Below, in pieces: positions 18,479 to 26,984 of a stretch of DNA of 64,000 nt. Position 1 is the stretch's first letter. Every line of letters starts with the position of its first letter. This DNA is from Akkermansiaceae bacterium UBA1506 (GTDB lineage: Bacteria; Verrucomicrobiota; Verrucomicrobiia; Verrucomicrobiales; DEV007): positions 8,020 to 72,019 of the forward strand of contig DCQY01000126.1 of NCBI GenBank assembly GCA_002323995.1, in the 5' to 3' direction. The notes beneath the pieces are model-generated. The model was not told where the DNA came from. It searched no databases and was given only the letters and a program-made list of their open reading frames with translations. A program made the translations under genes and the position numbers.

Positions 18479-19105
18479 ATGAGACTTTTTATTATTGCCG
18501 TTCTGTTAGGATTTTACGCAAACAACCTTCGGGTAGCTGCTTCAGACGCCAACGGTTGTTCCGACGGGTTTGATGTATTGTCATTGCTTGGCGTTCCAGA
18601 AACGCCTGGGAGCCGGGAACCCCTTCTTGGTTTAGCAGGATTTTACGGTCAGCCACAGCCCCGACAGTGGCTGATTCTTACGTCGATTAAGGAGAAGTCT
18701 GGTCTTCTTCGTGAATCGGTTGCTTCGGGAGGGAAAGTGGTGTCCGAGCGGCAGTTCCGGCGTCTATTGGGCCAAGAACTTCCCCACACCCCCATCGCCA
18801 GAAATTCTCTTAAAATTTCCTCCTTGGAGGCGTTTGAGGTCGGAAAAGCTGAGGCAAAACGGCGCCGGGTATCATTCGAAAGCGTTCATTTCCGGCTCCG
18901 TTGTGATGACCAACCCAGTGAGCCAATCTGGATCCTCAGTTTTATCGATCGCGCTCAGATTTCTGTTGGTTCCGTTTACCTTTCCGCGGTCTCTGGGAAC
19001 GTTATTAAGACTGTCTGGCGAGATGCCGTAAACTACACCGTGTTATCGCAAAAAAAGTTTCCAGCAAACGCCGGCAGTGATGCCTTTAAAGCTGCAGGTC
19101 GCTAG
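18479..19105 (+). CDS. Hypothetical secreted protein
   Basis: ATG start and a signal-peptide-like N-terminus (LFIIAVLLGFYANNLRVAASD). No family recognised. Confidence 0.4.
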   Translation: MRLFIIAVLLGFYANNLRVAASDANGCSDGFDVLSLLGVPETPGSREPLLGLAGFYGQPQPRQWLILTSIKEKSGLLRESVASGGKVVSERQFRRLLGQELPHTPIARNSLKISSLEAFEVGKAEAKRRRVSFESVHFRLRCDDQPSEPIWILSFIDRAQISVGSVYLSAVSGNVIKTVWRDAVNYTVLSQKKFPANAGSDAFKAAGR

Positions 19106-20484
19106 GCTGTGTTGCCCCTTACAAAAGGTCCGGTGATAGCGACCGTGATTCCCGGGCTCTGGATGTTTGCGAAGAGAACGGAGCCATCAGGGCTAAAGCA
19201 GGCACCTGCAAACTCACTGCCATTGAGTGCATTGCGAGCTAGCGTGAACATCTCACCAGTAGGAGTGACTCCGCGAATGTGGTTAGTACCTTTCGTGTCC
19301 TCGCAGATAAAGAGATGTCCGTTTGGTGCAATGGTGATGTTATCAGCGTGAGTCAGTAGGTCGGAATTATTAGGCTCAAGGAAAAGTTCTAACTCTCCAC
19401 TTGTTTCGTCGCTACGACTTGGAAAATAACGGAAAATTTGCCCCATTTGGTTTTTTCCCCCGTTGGTGCAGGCCCAGTAAATGGAGGCTTCACCGACGGT
19501 TTTGGGGCTGCCATACCACATGCCTTCTGCACGAGAAAAGATAAGTGCTCCTTTTTCGATCGCGCGGAAGCGAAGGTCGTCGTTCGGTGTATCAACCTTA
19601 TTAAGATCAACCCATTCGACGGGAAGGCGTTCGCGGACCGGAAAACTGTTTTGATTTCCCGGCCAATTTCGAGAGTCCCAATTTCCCGCTGCTTTAATTT
19701 TAAGGGCTTGCAGCTTGCCTCCCTTTGCCAGTTTGCCAGATTGATGGGGAATAAAGCGGGTGATAACGCCGTCACCGCGGTCCTCGGTCTGGTAGACGAT
19801 TCCCGTGGCTGGATCGACAGCGACTGCCTCTCGTCGAAAGCGACCCATTTCCTTAAGGGGGACCGGAGGAGTGATGTTCGCTTCGGCTGTCGCCGGAACT
19901 TCAAAGCAGTAACCGTGGAACTGCCCCCACTGTGTTGTCATGTCAGCTGGCTCTTCGCAACTGAGCCACGTTCCCCAGGGGGTCGGACCGCCGGCGCAAT
20001 TCCGATCGGTCCCAATGAGACTGAGAAACTCGTTCTCAACCTCGCGTTTCCTTAAGTTGTAAATAATGGTTGATGTTCCACCGACAAAAGGTTGAGCTCC
20101 GTGGCGCCCTGAATCGTAAACGAGCGCCTTGTCCAGATCCCCCGGGATTTTTTCATTGTCACTGAATGGCCCTTTAGTGTGATGGGAGTGCCCGATTTCG
20201 TGATTGCGAATCACGGCAACCCGGCTCTTTCCAATATCAAAGGCTGCCATGCCGTCGGGTTGCCCCGGAACTCGGTAGCCGTCTTTCATTCGATCGCCAG
20301 AGGTGGAGAGGATCCGATAATGAAAACCCTTTGGCAGATCGATGACGCCATCGGGATCTTCGAGGAGGTTGCCATAGGAGAACAATTCATCGGCCTGGGC
20401 CGTACTTTTCAGTAATTGGTTGAGACCGGTGAATCCGGTTGTAACGGCTGCAGAATGGTTAAGAAATGTTCGTCGGGATACCAT
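19102..20484 (-). CDS. DUF839 / PhoX-like beta-propeller phosphatase with a Tat signal
   Basis: The ATG at 20484 gives MVSRRTFLNHSAAVTTGFTG, a twin-arginine leader. PhoX/DUF839-like motifs NCAGGPTPWGTWLSCEE and PDGSVLFANIQ are present. Confidence 0.7.
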   Translation of the reverse strand: MVSRRTFLNHSAAVTTGFTGLNQLLKSTAQADELFSYGNLLEDPDGVIDLPKGFHYRILSTSGDRMKDGYRVPGQPDGMAAFDIGKSRVAVIRNHEIGHSHHTKGPFSDNEKIPGDLDKALVYDSGRHGAQPFVGGTSTIIYNLRKREVENEFLSLIGTDRNCAGGPTPWGTWLSCEEPADMTTQWGQFHGYCFEVPATAEANITPPVPLKEMGRFRREAVAVDPATGIVYQTEDRGDGVITRFIPHQSGKLAKGGKLQALKIKAAGNWDSRNWPGNQNSFPVRERLPVEWVDLNKVDTPNDDLRFRAIEKGALIFSRAEGMWYGSPKTVGEASIYWACTNGGKNQMGQIFRYFPSRSDETSGELELFLEPNNSDLLTHADNITIAPNGHLFICEDTKGTNHIRGVTPTGEMFTLARNALNGSEFAGACFSPDGSVLFANIQSPGITVAITGPFVRGNTA

Positions 20485-20606
20485 CTTGATGATTAAATCT
20501 GAACCGAGGAAATACCGCACTCCAAAATATCGCAGAAATGCGCCACGATGTTTACGCTTTGGCTTGCATCGTAAATCGTCATTTGGCACGTTCGACCCTC
20601 TCAAAT

Positions 20607-21890
20607 ATGAAAATTGAAACTCTCTGCCTTCACGGGGGACATACCCCAGATCCAACGACTAAAGCCCGAGCCGTTCCTCTTTATCGCTCCAGCTCATTTG
20701 TTTTTGACTCCACTGAGCACGCAGCCAATCTTTTTGCGCTAAAGGAACTAGGGAATATATACACCCGTTTAATGAACCCGACCACCGACGTGCTGGAGAA
20801 GCGTGTCGCGCTCTTGGAAGGAGCTCATGAGATGGGTGGACTTGGTCTTGCCTCGGGAACCTCAGCGGTTTTTTACTCGATCATTAATCTGGCCAAAGCG
20901 GGAGACAACATCATTTCAGCCCGCAACCTCTACGGCGGAACTTATACCCAGTTTAATGATATTCTTCCTGCTCTTGGTATTGAGGTAAAATTTGTCGACT
21001 CCCAAGACCCTCAGGCTTTCGCTGAGGCGATCGACGAAAATACGCGGGCTCTTTTTTGCGAAACAGTATCGAATCCAGCGCTTGAAGTGACAGATTTGAA
21101 GGCGGTCGGCAAAATCGCTCACGAAAATGGGTTACCTCTTATTGTCGACTCCACCTTCTCGACTCCTTACTTGACTCGCCCAATCGAGTGCGGAGCTGAT
21201 ATCGTGGTGCACTCTCTTACGAAGTGGATGGGTGGACATGGCGCCGGTATCGGGGGCGTTGTCGTTGACGCAGGAAAGTTCAATTGGGCAGGTGGAAAAC
21301 ACCCCCTTTATGATGAGCCGGATAATTCATATCACGGACTTCGCTGGGGTCATGATCTGCCAGAACCACTCGCTCCTCTTGCGTTCATACTGCGGATGAG
21401 AACCGTGCCGCTACGCAACCTTGGAGCCTGCATTTCTCCAGACAATTCGTGGTTGATGCTTCAGGGAATCGAGACGCTTCCGCTGCGCATGGAACGCCAC
21501 TGTGAAAATGCCCTGGCCGTGGCTAAACATCTTCAGGACCATGAACAGGTCGAGTGGGTTCGATTCCCTGGGTTGGAGACGGACTCTGAATACGAAAAGA
21601 ATCAACAATATCTTGAGGGCAAGGGCGGCTCCATGGTGGTTTTCGGAATTAAGGGCGGCGCTGAGGCAGGACAGAAATTTATCGAGAATCTTGAGCTCTT
21701 TTCTCACCTCGCAAACGTAGGAGATGCAAAGTCATTGGCGATTCATCCGGCGACGACGACGCACTCGCAGCTCAACGAAGAACAACAGGCGGCAGGTGGG
21801 ATCACACCTGAGCTTGTCCGTCTTTCGATTGGCATCGAAAGCATCGACGACATCGTTTCCGATCTCGATAAGGCGCTGGCGGCTTCTTAA
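20607..21890 (+). CDS. metY: O-acetylhomoserine sulfhydrylase (aminocarboxypropyltransferase)
   Basis: The ATG at 20607 gives MKIETLCLHGG. Further matches are PLYRSSSFVF, NPTTDVLEKRVALLEG, the PLP-lysine motif HSLTKWMGGHG, and HPATTTHSQL near the C-terminus. Confidence 0.9.
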   Translation: MKIETLCLHGGHTPDPTTKARAVPLYRSSSFVFDSTEHAANLFALKELGNIYTRLMNPTTDVLEKRVALLEGAHEMGGLGLASGTSAVFYSIINLAKAGDNIISARNLYGGTYTQFNDILPALGIEVKFVDSQDPQAFAEAIDENTRALFCETVSNPALEVTDLKAVGKIAHENGLPLIVDSTFSTPYLTRPIECGADIVVHSLTKWMGGHGAGIGGVVVDAGKFNWAGGKHPLYDEPDNSYHGLRWGHDLPEPLAPLAFILRMRTVPLRNLGACISPDNSWLMLQGIETLPLRMERHCENALAVAKHLQDHEQVEWVRFPGLETDSEYEKNQQYLEGKGGSMVVFGIKGGAEAGQKFIENLELFSHLANVGDAKSLAIHPATTTHSQLNEEQQAAGGITPELVRLSIGIESIDDIVSDLDKALAAS

Positions 21891-21972
21891 CGAAATCAGT
21901 TGCGCGAAGCTTAGAGAAGCCTTTTATTTAAGAGGCCCAAACATTCGCGCCCCCCTACGCAGAATAAAGAAA

Positions 21973-22209
21973 ATGGCAGAACTAGAAGATAGATACGAAG
22001 ACAATGTCGTTGGCACATTCTACGTCGACGACCAGTGTATTGATTGCGACCTTTGTCGTGAAACTGCGCCCGATAACTTCACTCGAAACGAAGACGGAGG
22101 ATATTCCTACGTTTACAAGCAGCCCGAGAACGATGAGGAGCGCGCGCTCTCTGACGAAGCGATGGAGGGTTGTCCAGTGGAAGCCATCGGCAACGATGGT
22201 TCGGGTTGA
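21973..22209 (+). CDS. Small ferredoxin (single Fe-S cluster)
   Basis: The ATG at 21973 gives MAELEDRY. Cluster motif CIDCDLCRETAP with a distal CPVEAI. The ORF-track N-terminal extension overlaps metY and is Arg-rich nonsense. Confidence 0.75.
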   Translation: MAELEDRYEDNVVGTFYVDDQCIDCDLCRETAPDNFTRNEDGGYSYVYKQPENDEERALSDEAMEGCPVEAIGNDGSG

Positions 22210-22237
22210 AGCCTTCTTCAATTTCGACCTTCCAAGA

Positions 22238-22268
22238 CTGCGTCGTCTTCGGATGACGCAGTTTTTTT
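22238..22268 (+). terminator. Rho-independent terminator after the ferredoxin gene
   Basis: Stem CTGCGTC (22238-22244) pairs with GACGCAG (22255-22261) and is followed by TTTTTTT. Confidence 0.7.
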
Positions 22269-22308
22269 GTGGTGTAATCCTGAATACCAGAATAGAATTG
22301 GAACGCTC

Positions 22309-22683
22309 ATGGCTTTTCGTAGAAGACCGCGTCGGACCATTAGGGAACGTGCCTTAGCACAACTTCGCGGTTACTGGGAGCCTCAGGATGTTTCGAAATA
22401 CACCCGCGACAGTGGAACCGTCGTAGAGGATACCCTGAAAGAGCTGGGACTGGAAAGCCGATTCAACGAGGAGCAAGTGTTTGACGCCTGGAACAGCATG
22501 GTAAGCAACTTTATTGCCCAAAATGCAAGGCCGGTCTCGCTTCAACGGGGAGTGCTGAATATTCAGGTACTCCATTCTACTGTGCACTATGAGTTGGAGC
22601 GAATGAAGAGTCAGTTGCTGGCTAAAATGCAAGACAGCTTTGGCCGGAATAATGTGAAGGAGATTCGATTCCGCCTTGGCTAA
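22309..22683 (+). CDS. DUF721 (DciA-like) protein
   Basis: The ATG at 22309 lies after the terminator. The pattern W..MVSNFIAQNARPVSLQRGVLNIQVLHSTVHYELERMKSQLL....VKEIRFRLG matches the DUF721 layout. Confidence 0.6.
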   Translation: MAFRRRPRRTIRERALAQLRGYWEPQDVSKYTRDSGTVVEDTLKELGLESRFNEEQVFDAWNSMVSNFIAQNARPVSLQRGVLNIQVLHSTVHYELERMKSQLLAKMQDSFGRNNVKEIRFRLG

Positions 22684-22698
22684 TCACCGCCGCGACTT

Positions 22699-23052
22699 AT
22701 GAGCGATTTTATCAATATCAAAGGCCTAAGGCTTGTCACTAAGATTGGAGTTCCCGAAGAGGAAAGAGCAATTCCTCAGAGTCTAAAAGTTGATGTGGCA
22801 ATCAAACTCTCTAGCATAGTCGAGGAGGTTGACGACAGATTGGATCTTACAATTGACTATTACCGCGTATCTCAGCGCTTGCGAGAAGTGGCTTCTTCGG
22901 GCGAACGAAAGCTGATCGAAACCTTGGCGGAGGAACTCGCGGCTGCTGTACTTGCTTTTGATGGAGTTTTTGAGGTGACCATCGAATTGCAAAAATTTAT
23001 ACTCGCTGACTGTGAAAGCGTGAGTGTGGTGCTTACACGGTCACGAGACTAA
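22699..23052 (+). CDS. folB: Dihydroneopterin aldolase
   Basis: About 117 aa. The IKGLRLVTKIGVPEEERAIPQSLKVDVAI ... DYYRVSQRL pattern is typical of FolB. Confidence 0.7.
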   Translation: MSDFINIKGLRLVTKIGVPEEERAIPQSLKVDVAIKLSSIVEEVDDRLDLTIDYYRVSQRLREVASSGERKLIETLAEELAAAVLAFDGVFEVTIELQKFILADCESVSVVLTRSRD

Positions 23053-23099
23053 AAATGAAAGTCACACCCTAATCCTGGGTGGAGGCGTCGCTGAGTTCG

Positions 23100-23687
23100 A
23101 TGAAAGTAAAGACTGTCACGATCTGGTTTGTAGCCGCAGCGCTTATCGTTGGAGGTTCTATCCTTACAGTAGGTCTGCGCGCGAGCACCGAGTCAGCCCG
23201 ATATAAGGTGTTGGAGAAGAGTGGGAAAATTGAGATCCGGCAGTACGCAGAGCATCTTGTCGCCGCCACTTCGATGTCTGGTGCAGGCGGTAATGGCAGT
23301 TTTGGGCGACTCTTTAGATACATTTCCGGAGAGAATAAAGACTCAAAAAAAATTGCCATGACCACACCCGTCTTTATGCCGGCGACCCCCAACGGGCGAA
23401 CGACAGAAATGCAGTTCGTCGTTCCAGTTGACGTGGCTCAAAGCGGAGCGCCGGCACCATCATCGAAATCGGTTAGTCTCAAGCGGATGCCGTCAGGCCG
23501 ATACGCGGCAATACGCTACGGGGGAAGAAGTAATGCCAAGGTTCAAAAGGAGCGACTCGCCGAGTTGAGAGCCTACTTAGCTGAGGAAGGATTGGAGCCC
23601 GTAGGAAACCCCTTATTCGCAGGCTATGACCCACCATGGACACCTGCACCGCTGAGAAGAAACGAAGTTCTCCTAAGGCTACGCTGA
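23100..23687 (+). CDS. SOUL haem-binding family protein
   Basis: N-terminal membrane anchor. Motifs YKVLEKSGKIEIRQY, IAMTTPVFM and FAGYDPPWTP are typical of SOUL/HBP. The ATG at 23100 is preferred over the GTG at 23079. Confidence 0.7.
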   Translation: MKVKTVTIWFVAAALIVGGSILTVGLRASTESARYKVLEKSGKIEIRQYAEHLVAATSMSGAGGNGSFGRLFRYISGENKDSKKIAMTTPVFMPATPNGRTTEMQFVVPVDVAQSGAPAPSSKSVSLKRMPSGRYAAIRYGGRSNAKVQKERLAELRAYLAEEGLEPVGNPLFAGYDPPWTPAPLRRNEVLLRLR

Positions 23688-23855
23688 AGTTTTAAGTAGT
23701 GCGACGGACGGAGTTTTGAAAGTCCCAAACCATTAATCGGGCAAAGCGGTAATCTCGCATCGGATCGGTTAGGGGTGGGCAAGGTTAGAGAGGTTTCGAG
23801 TTAAAACTAACATGCCTCCTTTACATGGGTTTGTGGATTTCCAACAATTACGGCC

Positions 23856-24809
23856 ATGTATCGTTCTCTTCTCTATTTTTTATTCATAACTTTGGCCATA
23901 ACTGCTTCAGCGGGGGAGTTAAAAATCGAGGGTCGTGTGGCTTTCGTTGAGGGCCCGGCTTGGAGGAACGACGGGAACGTCTTTTTTACAGATATAGAGA
24001 ACAATCGTATCATGCGGAAAGATCCGACTGGTAAGGTTCATGTCTTTCGACAGCCTTCAGGTAAAGCGAACGGCTTATTGTTCGATCCGCAGGAGCGCCT
24101 TCATGCTTGCGAGGGACATCGAGAGGGAGGGAATCGCCGTGTTACAAGGACCGAACTTGATGGATCCATTACTATTCTGACAGATCGATTTGAAGGGAAG
24201 CGCTACAATTCTCCTAACGACCTCGTGATGGACAATCACGGGCGAATCTACTTCACCGACCCCCGCTACGGCGGGTATGGAGGCACAGAACCAGTCGAGC
24301 AGTTCGACGAGATTGGTGAGCCGATTGAAGGGGTCTATCGAATCGATCCAGATGGTGAGGTAAGCCGGGTCATTGAACATGAAGTTCAGCGTCCTAACGG
24401 AATCGCAATATCGGCTGACGGAAGGTATCTAATCGTAGCTGACAATCACAACGGGCCTCAACCAGGAGGGCAACGGAGGCTGGTGCGATTTGATCGTGGG
24501 AATAATGGAAATATCGACGTTGAAAGTGGCAAAGTCCTGTATGACTGGGGGAACGACCGAGGCCCGGATGGAATTACGATCGGGCCTGAGGGACATATTT
24601 ACGCCACTGCTGGACTGAATTTTGCAAGCTCCCTCGAAACTGTTGCTGAGCATCTTTCGGGGGTCTACGTTGTGTCGATAGAAGGGGAGTTGTTGAATTT
24701 TATCCCGGTTCCTGAGGATATGATAACGAACTGTACGTTTGGCGGCGAGGATGGTAGGACTCTTTTCATTACTGCTGGCGCCAAGCTCTGGAGTATCGTG
24801 ATTGACTGA
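23856..24809 (+). CDS. SMP-30/gluconolactonase/LRE family beta-propeller protein
   Basis: Signal peptide. Motifs EGPAWRNDGNVFFTD, NGLLFD, PNDLVMD, RPNGIAISADG and TNCTFGGEDGRTLFIT. Confidence 0.8.
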   Translation: MYRSLLYFLFITLAITASAGELKIEGRVAFVEGPAWRNDGNVFFTDIENNRIMRKDPTGKVHVFRQPSGKANGLLFDPQERLHACEGHREGGNRRVTRTELDGSITILTDRFEGKRYNSPNDLVMDNHGRIYFTDPRYGGYGGTEPVEQFDEIGEPIEGVYRIDPDGEVSRVIEHEVQRPNGIAISADGRYLIVADNHNGPQPGGQRRLVRFDRGNNGNIDVESGKVLYDWGNDRGPDGITIGPEGHIYATAGLNFASSLETVAEHLSGVYVVSIEGELLNFIPVPEDMITNCTFGGEDGRTLFITAGAKLWSIVID

Positions 24810-24828
24810 AGTTGATTATGCTTTGTTT

Positions 24829-24856
24829 AAAATCGCAGCATAGCGATTTTAATTTG
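24829..24856 (+). terminator. Rho-independent terminator after the SMP-30 gene
   Basis: Perfect 8-bp stem AAAATCGC / GCGATTTT with loop AGCATA, followed by a T-rich tail. Confidence 0.6.
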
Positions 24857-24929
24857 GCTTCTTCATTGAGTTTGCGGTTCTTTTAAGTCAACCTCTCCCT
24901 CCGACTGGGTTGAAATCCCACCAGAGTAT

Positions 24930-26243
24930 ATGAGTGAACGATTGATTTGTTTCCTGTTAGTGGCCCTAGTTCTGAACGGGGTGACTGTAAAAGGGGATGA
25001 ACATTGGCCGCGGTTTCGCGGTCTAAACGGTTCCGGGGTAAATCAATCTCACTTGGTTACGACGAAATTAAGCCAAGCCAACCAAGAGTGGTCGACGCAT
25101 ATCAAGGGAGTCGGACACGGATCGCCAGTTATCTGGGGAGATCGATTGTTTCTCTTGAGTGCGGTGGCTGATGAAGCAGCAAAGGTCGGTGGAGCCCATC
25201 CTGCGAAGAAAAAGGGTAAAAAAGGTAAGGCGCCCAATCCGGCCCTTTCCTACCAATGGGTCACGTTGTGCCTTGATCGCCACACGGGCGGTATTATTTG
25301 GCAAAAGGCCTTTGAGCAAAGGCCATTTAAGGGGCACCGGTTCAATAGCGCGGCGTCATCGACGGCTGCCGCGAATGACAAAATAGTTGTATTTACCTGG
25401 GGCACGGCAGATCAGCTTTCCGCTGTCGCTCTTGATCATGATGGCCGTGAGTTGTGGAAAAGCGACCTAGGTCCGGTATCAGGCGGTCATGGGTTCGGTG
25501 GATCTCCAATTATCTACAAGGATGTAGTTATCTTGAATAACGATCAGGAAAAAGGGGGTGGAAACCTCCTAGGACTTGATGCGCATAGCGGTGAGATTAA
25601 GTGGAAGGTGGAACGGAAGAGCCAACGAATTTCCTACTCAGTACCTTGCATCTATGAAGCGGACGGACGAGATCTCGCGGTTTTCGTGAATTGGCAGCAT
25701 GGTTTCACAGCTGTCGATCCCCTGACTGGCGAGGTGATTGCCGATAAGTCGGTCTTCAATCTTGACACTAACGAGCGCGCCATCAGCTCTCCCATTGTGA
25801 CTAAGGGTATGGTGATTGGAACCTGTGGTTTCACAGCCAATCCCAAGCATTGCGTGGCAATGAAACTTTCCGGGGGCGACTGGCATGAAGTTTGGCGGCG
25901 TGAGTCTCGAATCAATCATATTCCTTCAACGATTGCGGTAGGGGATCACACTTTCCTGATTGAAGATTCCGGTATCGCGAGCTGTCTGGATACGATTACC
26001 GGGAATGAGAATTGGATGGAGCGTGTCCCCGGAGTCGAGGGTTCGATTTTTGGTTCACCTGTTAGTGACGGGGAGAATCTCTTTTTCGCTGACGAAAATG
26101 GAAATCTGCACGTTATCGCCGCGAGTCCAGAGTTTGAACACGTGGCAACGAACCGATTGGGTGAACTGTGCCGGACTACTCCTGTCATTGTCGGCGGCAT
26201 GATTTATATCCGCACTGAGTCTAAGCTTTCGGCGTGGAAGTGA
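24930..26243 (+). CDS. PQQ-like (BamB-like) beta-propeller repeat protein
   Basis: Signal peptide. Repeated W-containing blades (GSPVIWGDRLFL, GGIIWQ, GRELWKSDLG, GEIKWK, NENWMERV) typical of PQQ-like repeats. Confidence 0.7.
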   Translation: MSERLICFLLVALVLNGVTVKGDEHWPRFRGLNGSGVNQSHLVTTKLSQANQEWSTHIKGVGHGSPVIWGDRLFLLSAVADEAAKVGGAHPAKKKGKKGKAPNPALSYQWVTLCLDRHTGGIIWQKAFEQRPFKGHRFNSAASSTAAANDKIVVFTWGTADQLSAVALDHDGRELWKSDLGPVSGGHGFGGSPIIYKDVVILNNDQEKGGGNLLGLDAHSGEIKWKVERKSQRISYSVPCIYEADGRDLAVFVNWQHGFTAVDPLTGEVIADKSVFNLDTNERAISSPIVTKGMVIGTCGFTANPKHCVAMKLSGGDWHEVWRRESRINHIPSTIAVGDHTFLIEDSGIASCLDTITGNENWMERVPGVEGSIFGSPVSDGENLFFADENGNLHVIAASPEFEHVATNRLGELCRTTPVIVGGMIYIRTESKLSAWK

Positions 26244-26371
26244 GGTGGTAGATCCATGCTCTCTTTACTTGGCAAGTTGCTGTCGTCCTAGTCAAAAAGT
26301 GTGAAAGTGGATCTTGGTAGGTATGACTTCCGATTGCCCTTAGTAGAAAAGTGAGAGAAAGACTGAAAAAA

Positions 26372-26899
26372 TTAACGTAGCCGCTCGATCAGTTCGCTCC
26401 GTTGCTTCGGGGGATTCCCGATCAGGTCACTGATAGAGCGAATTGGATCAATTCCATTTTGAAGTATGCCTAGGAACTGGGCCAATTGCTTCTCAAAATG
26501 CTCTACCGCTTTGAGGTTGGCATCGTTGGAGTCGAGGTAGTCCAGTCCACGGTCAAGTAGATCAGCGATTTCTGGAATGGCCGCCTCCGGTTCAGCAATA
26601 CGATCGATCAATTTGACAAAGTAGGAAGCGGCAAGGGTCTGCCCGTAGTCACGCCTGAGAGCAAGGCGGGCGTTTTCGATTTGAAGGTCTTTGAGAATAT
26701 GGAGATCACTGGTCTTTGCTGGATGAATTTCGATCTCACAGGAATAAAAGAGGTCGAGCTTACCGGCAAATGAACTTTTGGGGCGACGTGCTCCCTTGGC
26801 GACGGTTTTGATGATGCCGTATTCGCGAGTGCACCAGTGCACGATTAGGCTGGTCTCGGTAAGCAGAGATCGACGAATCAAGGTGCCTCGGGCTTTCAT
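26372..26899 (-). CDS. recO: DNA repair protein RecO (short form)
   Basis: The ATG at 26899 gives MKARGTLIRRSLLTETSLIVHWCTREYGIIKTVAKGARRPKS, the RecO OB-fold N-terminus. The longer ORF-track version would overlap prfB on the opposite strand. Confidence 0.65.
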   Translation of the reverse strand: MKARGTLIRRSLLTETSLIVHWCTREYGIIKTVAKGARRPKSSFAGKLDLFYSCEIEIHPAKTSDLHILKDLQIENARLALRRDYGQTLAASYFVKLIDRIAEPEAAIPEIADLLDRGLDYLDSNDANLKAVEHFEKQLAQFLGILQNGIDPIRSISDLIGNPPKQRSELIERLR

Positions 26900-26984
26900 C
26901 TTGAGCGGACGTTGGTGAAACGGATAAACATTACTAAGCGAAAGTTTGAAATTTTCCACATCTGTGAGAACGCTTACGGCCCTC

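Noticed and set aside
21557-21567. GGTTCGATTCC, a perfect tRNA T-arm/T-loop-like string
   Set aside because: It sits inside the metY coding frame (..EWVRFPGL..). No acceptor, D-arm or anticodon-arm pairing surrounds it, so the match is coincidental. I found no tRNA in the window.
21724-21972. N-terminal extension of the ferredoxin ORF (161-aa version in the ORF track)
   Set aside because: The extension overlaps the 3' end of metY in another frame and is Arg/Ser-rich nonsense. A clean ATG at 21973 gives a normal 78-aa ferredoxin.
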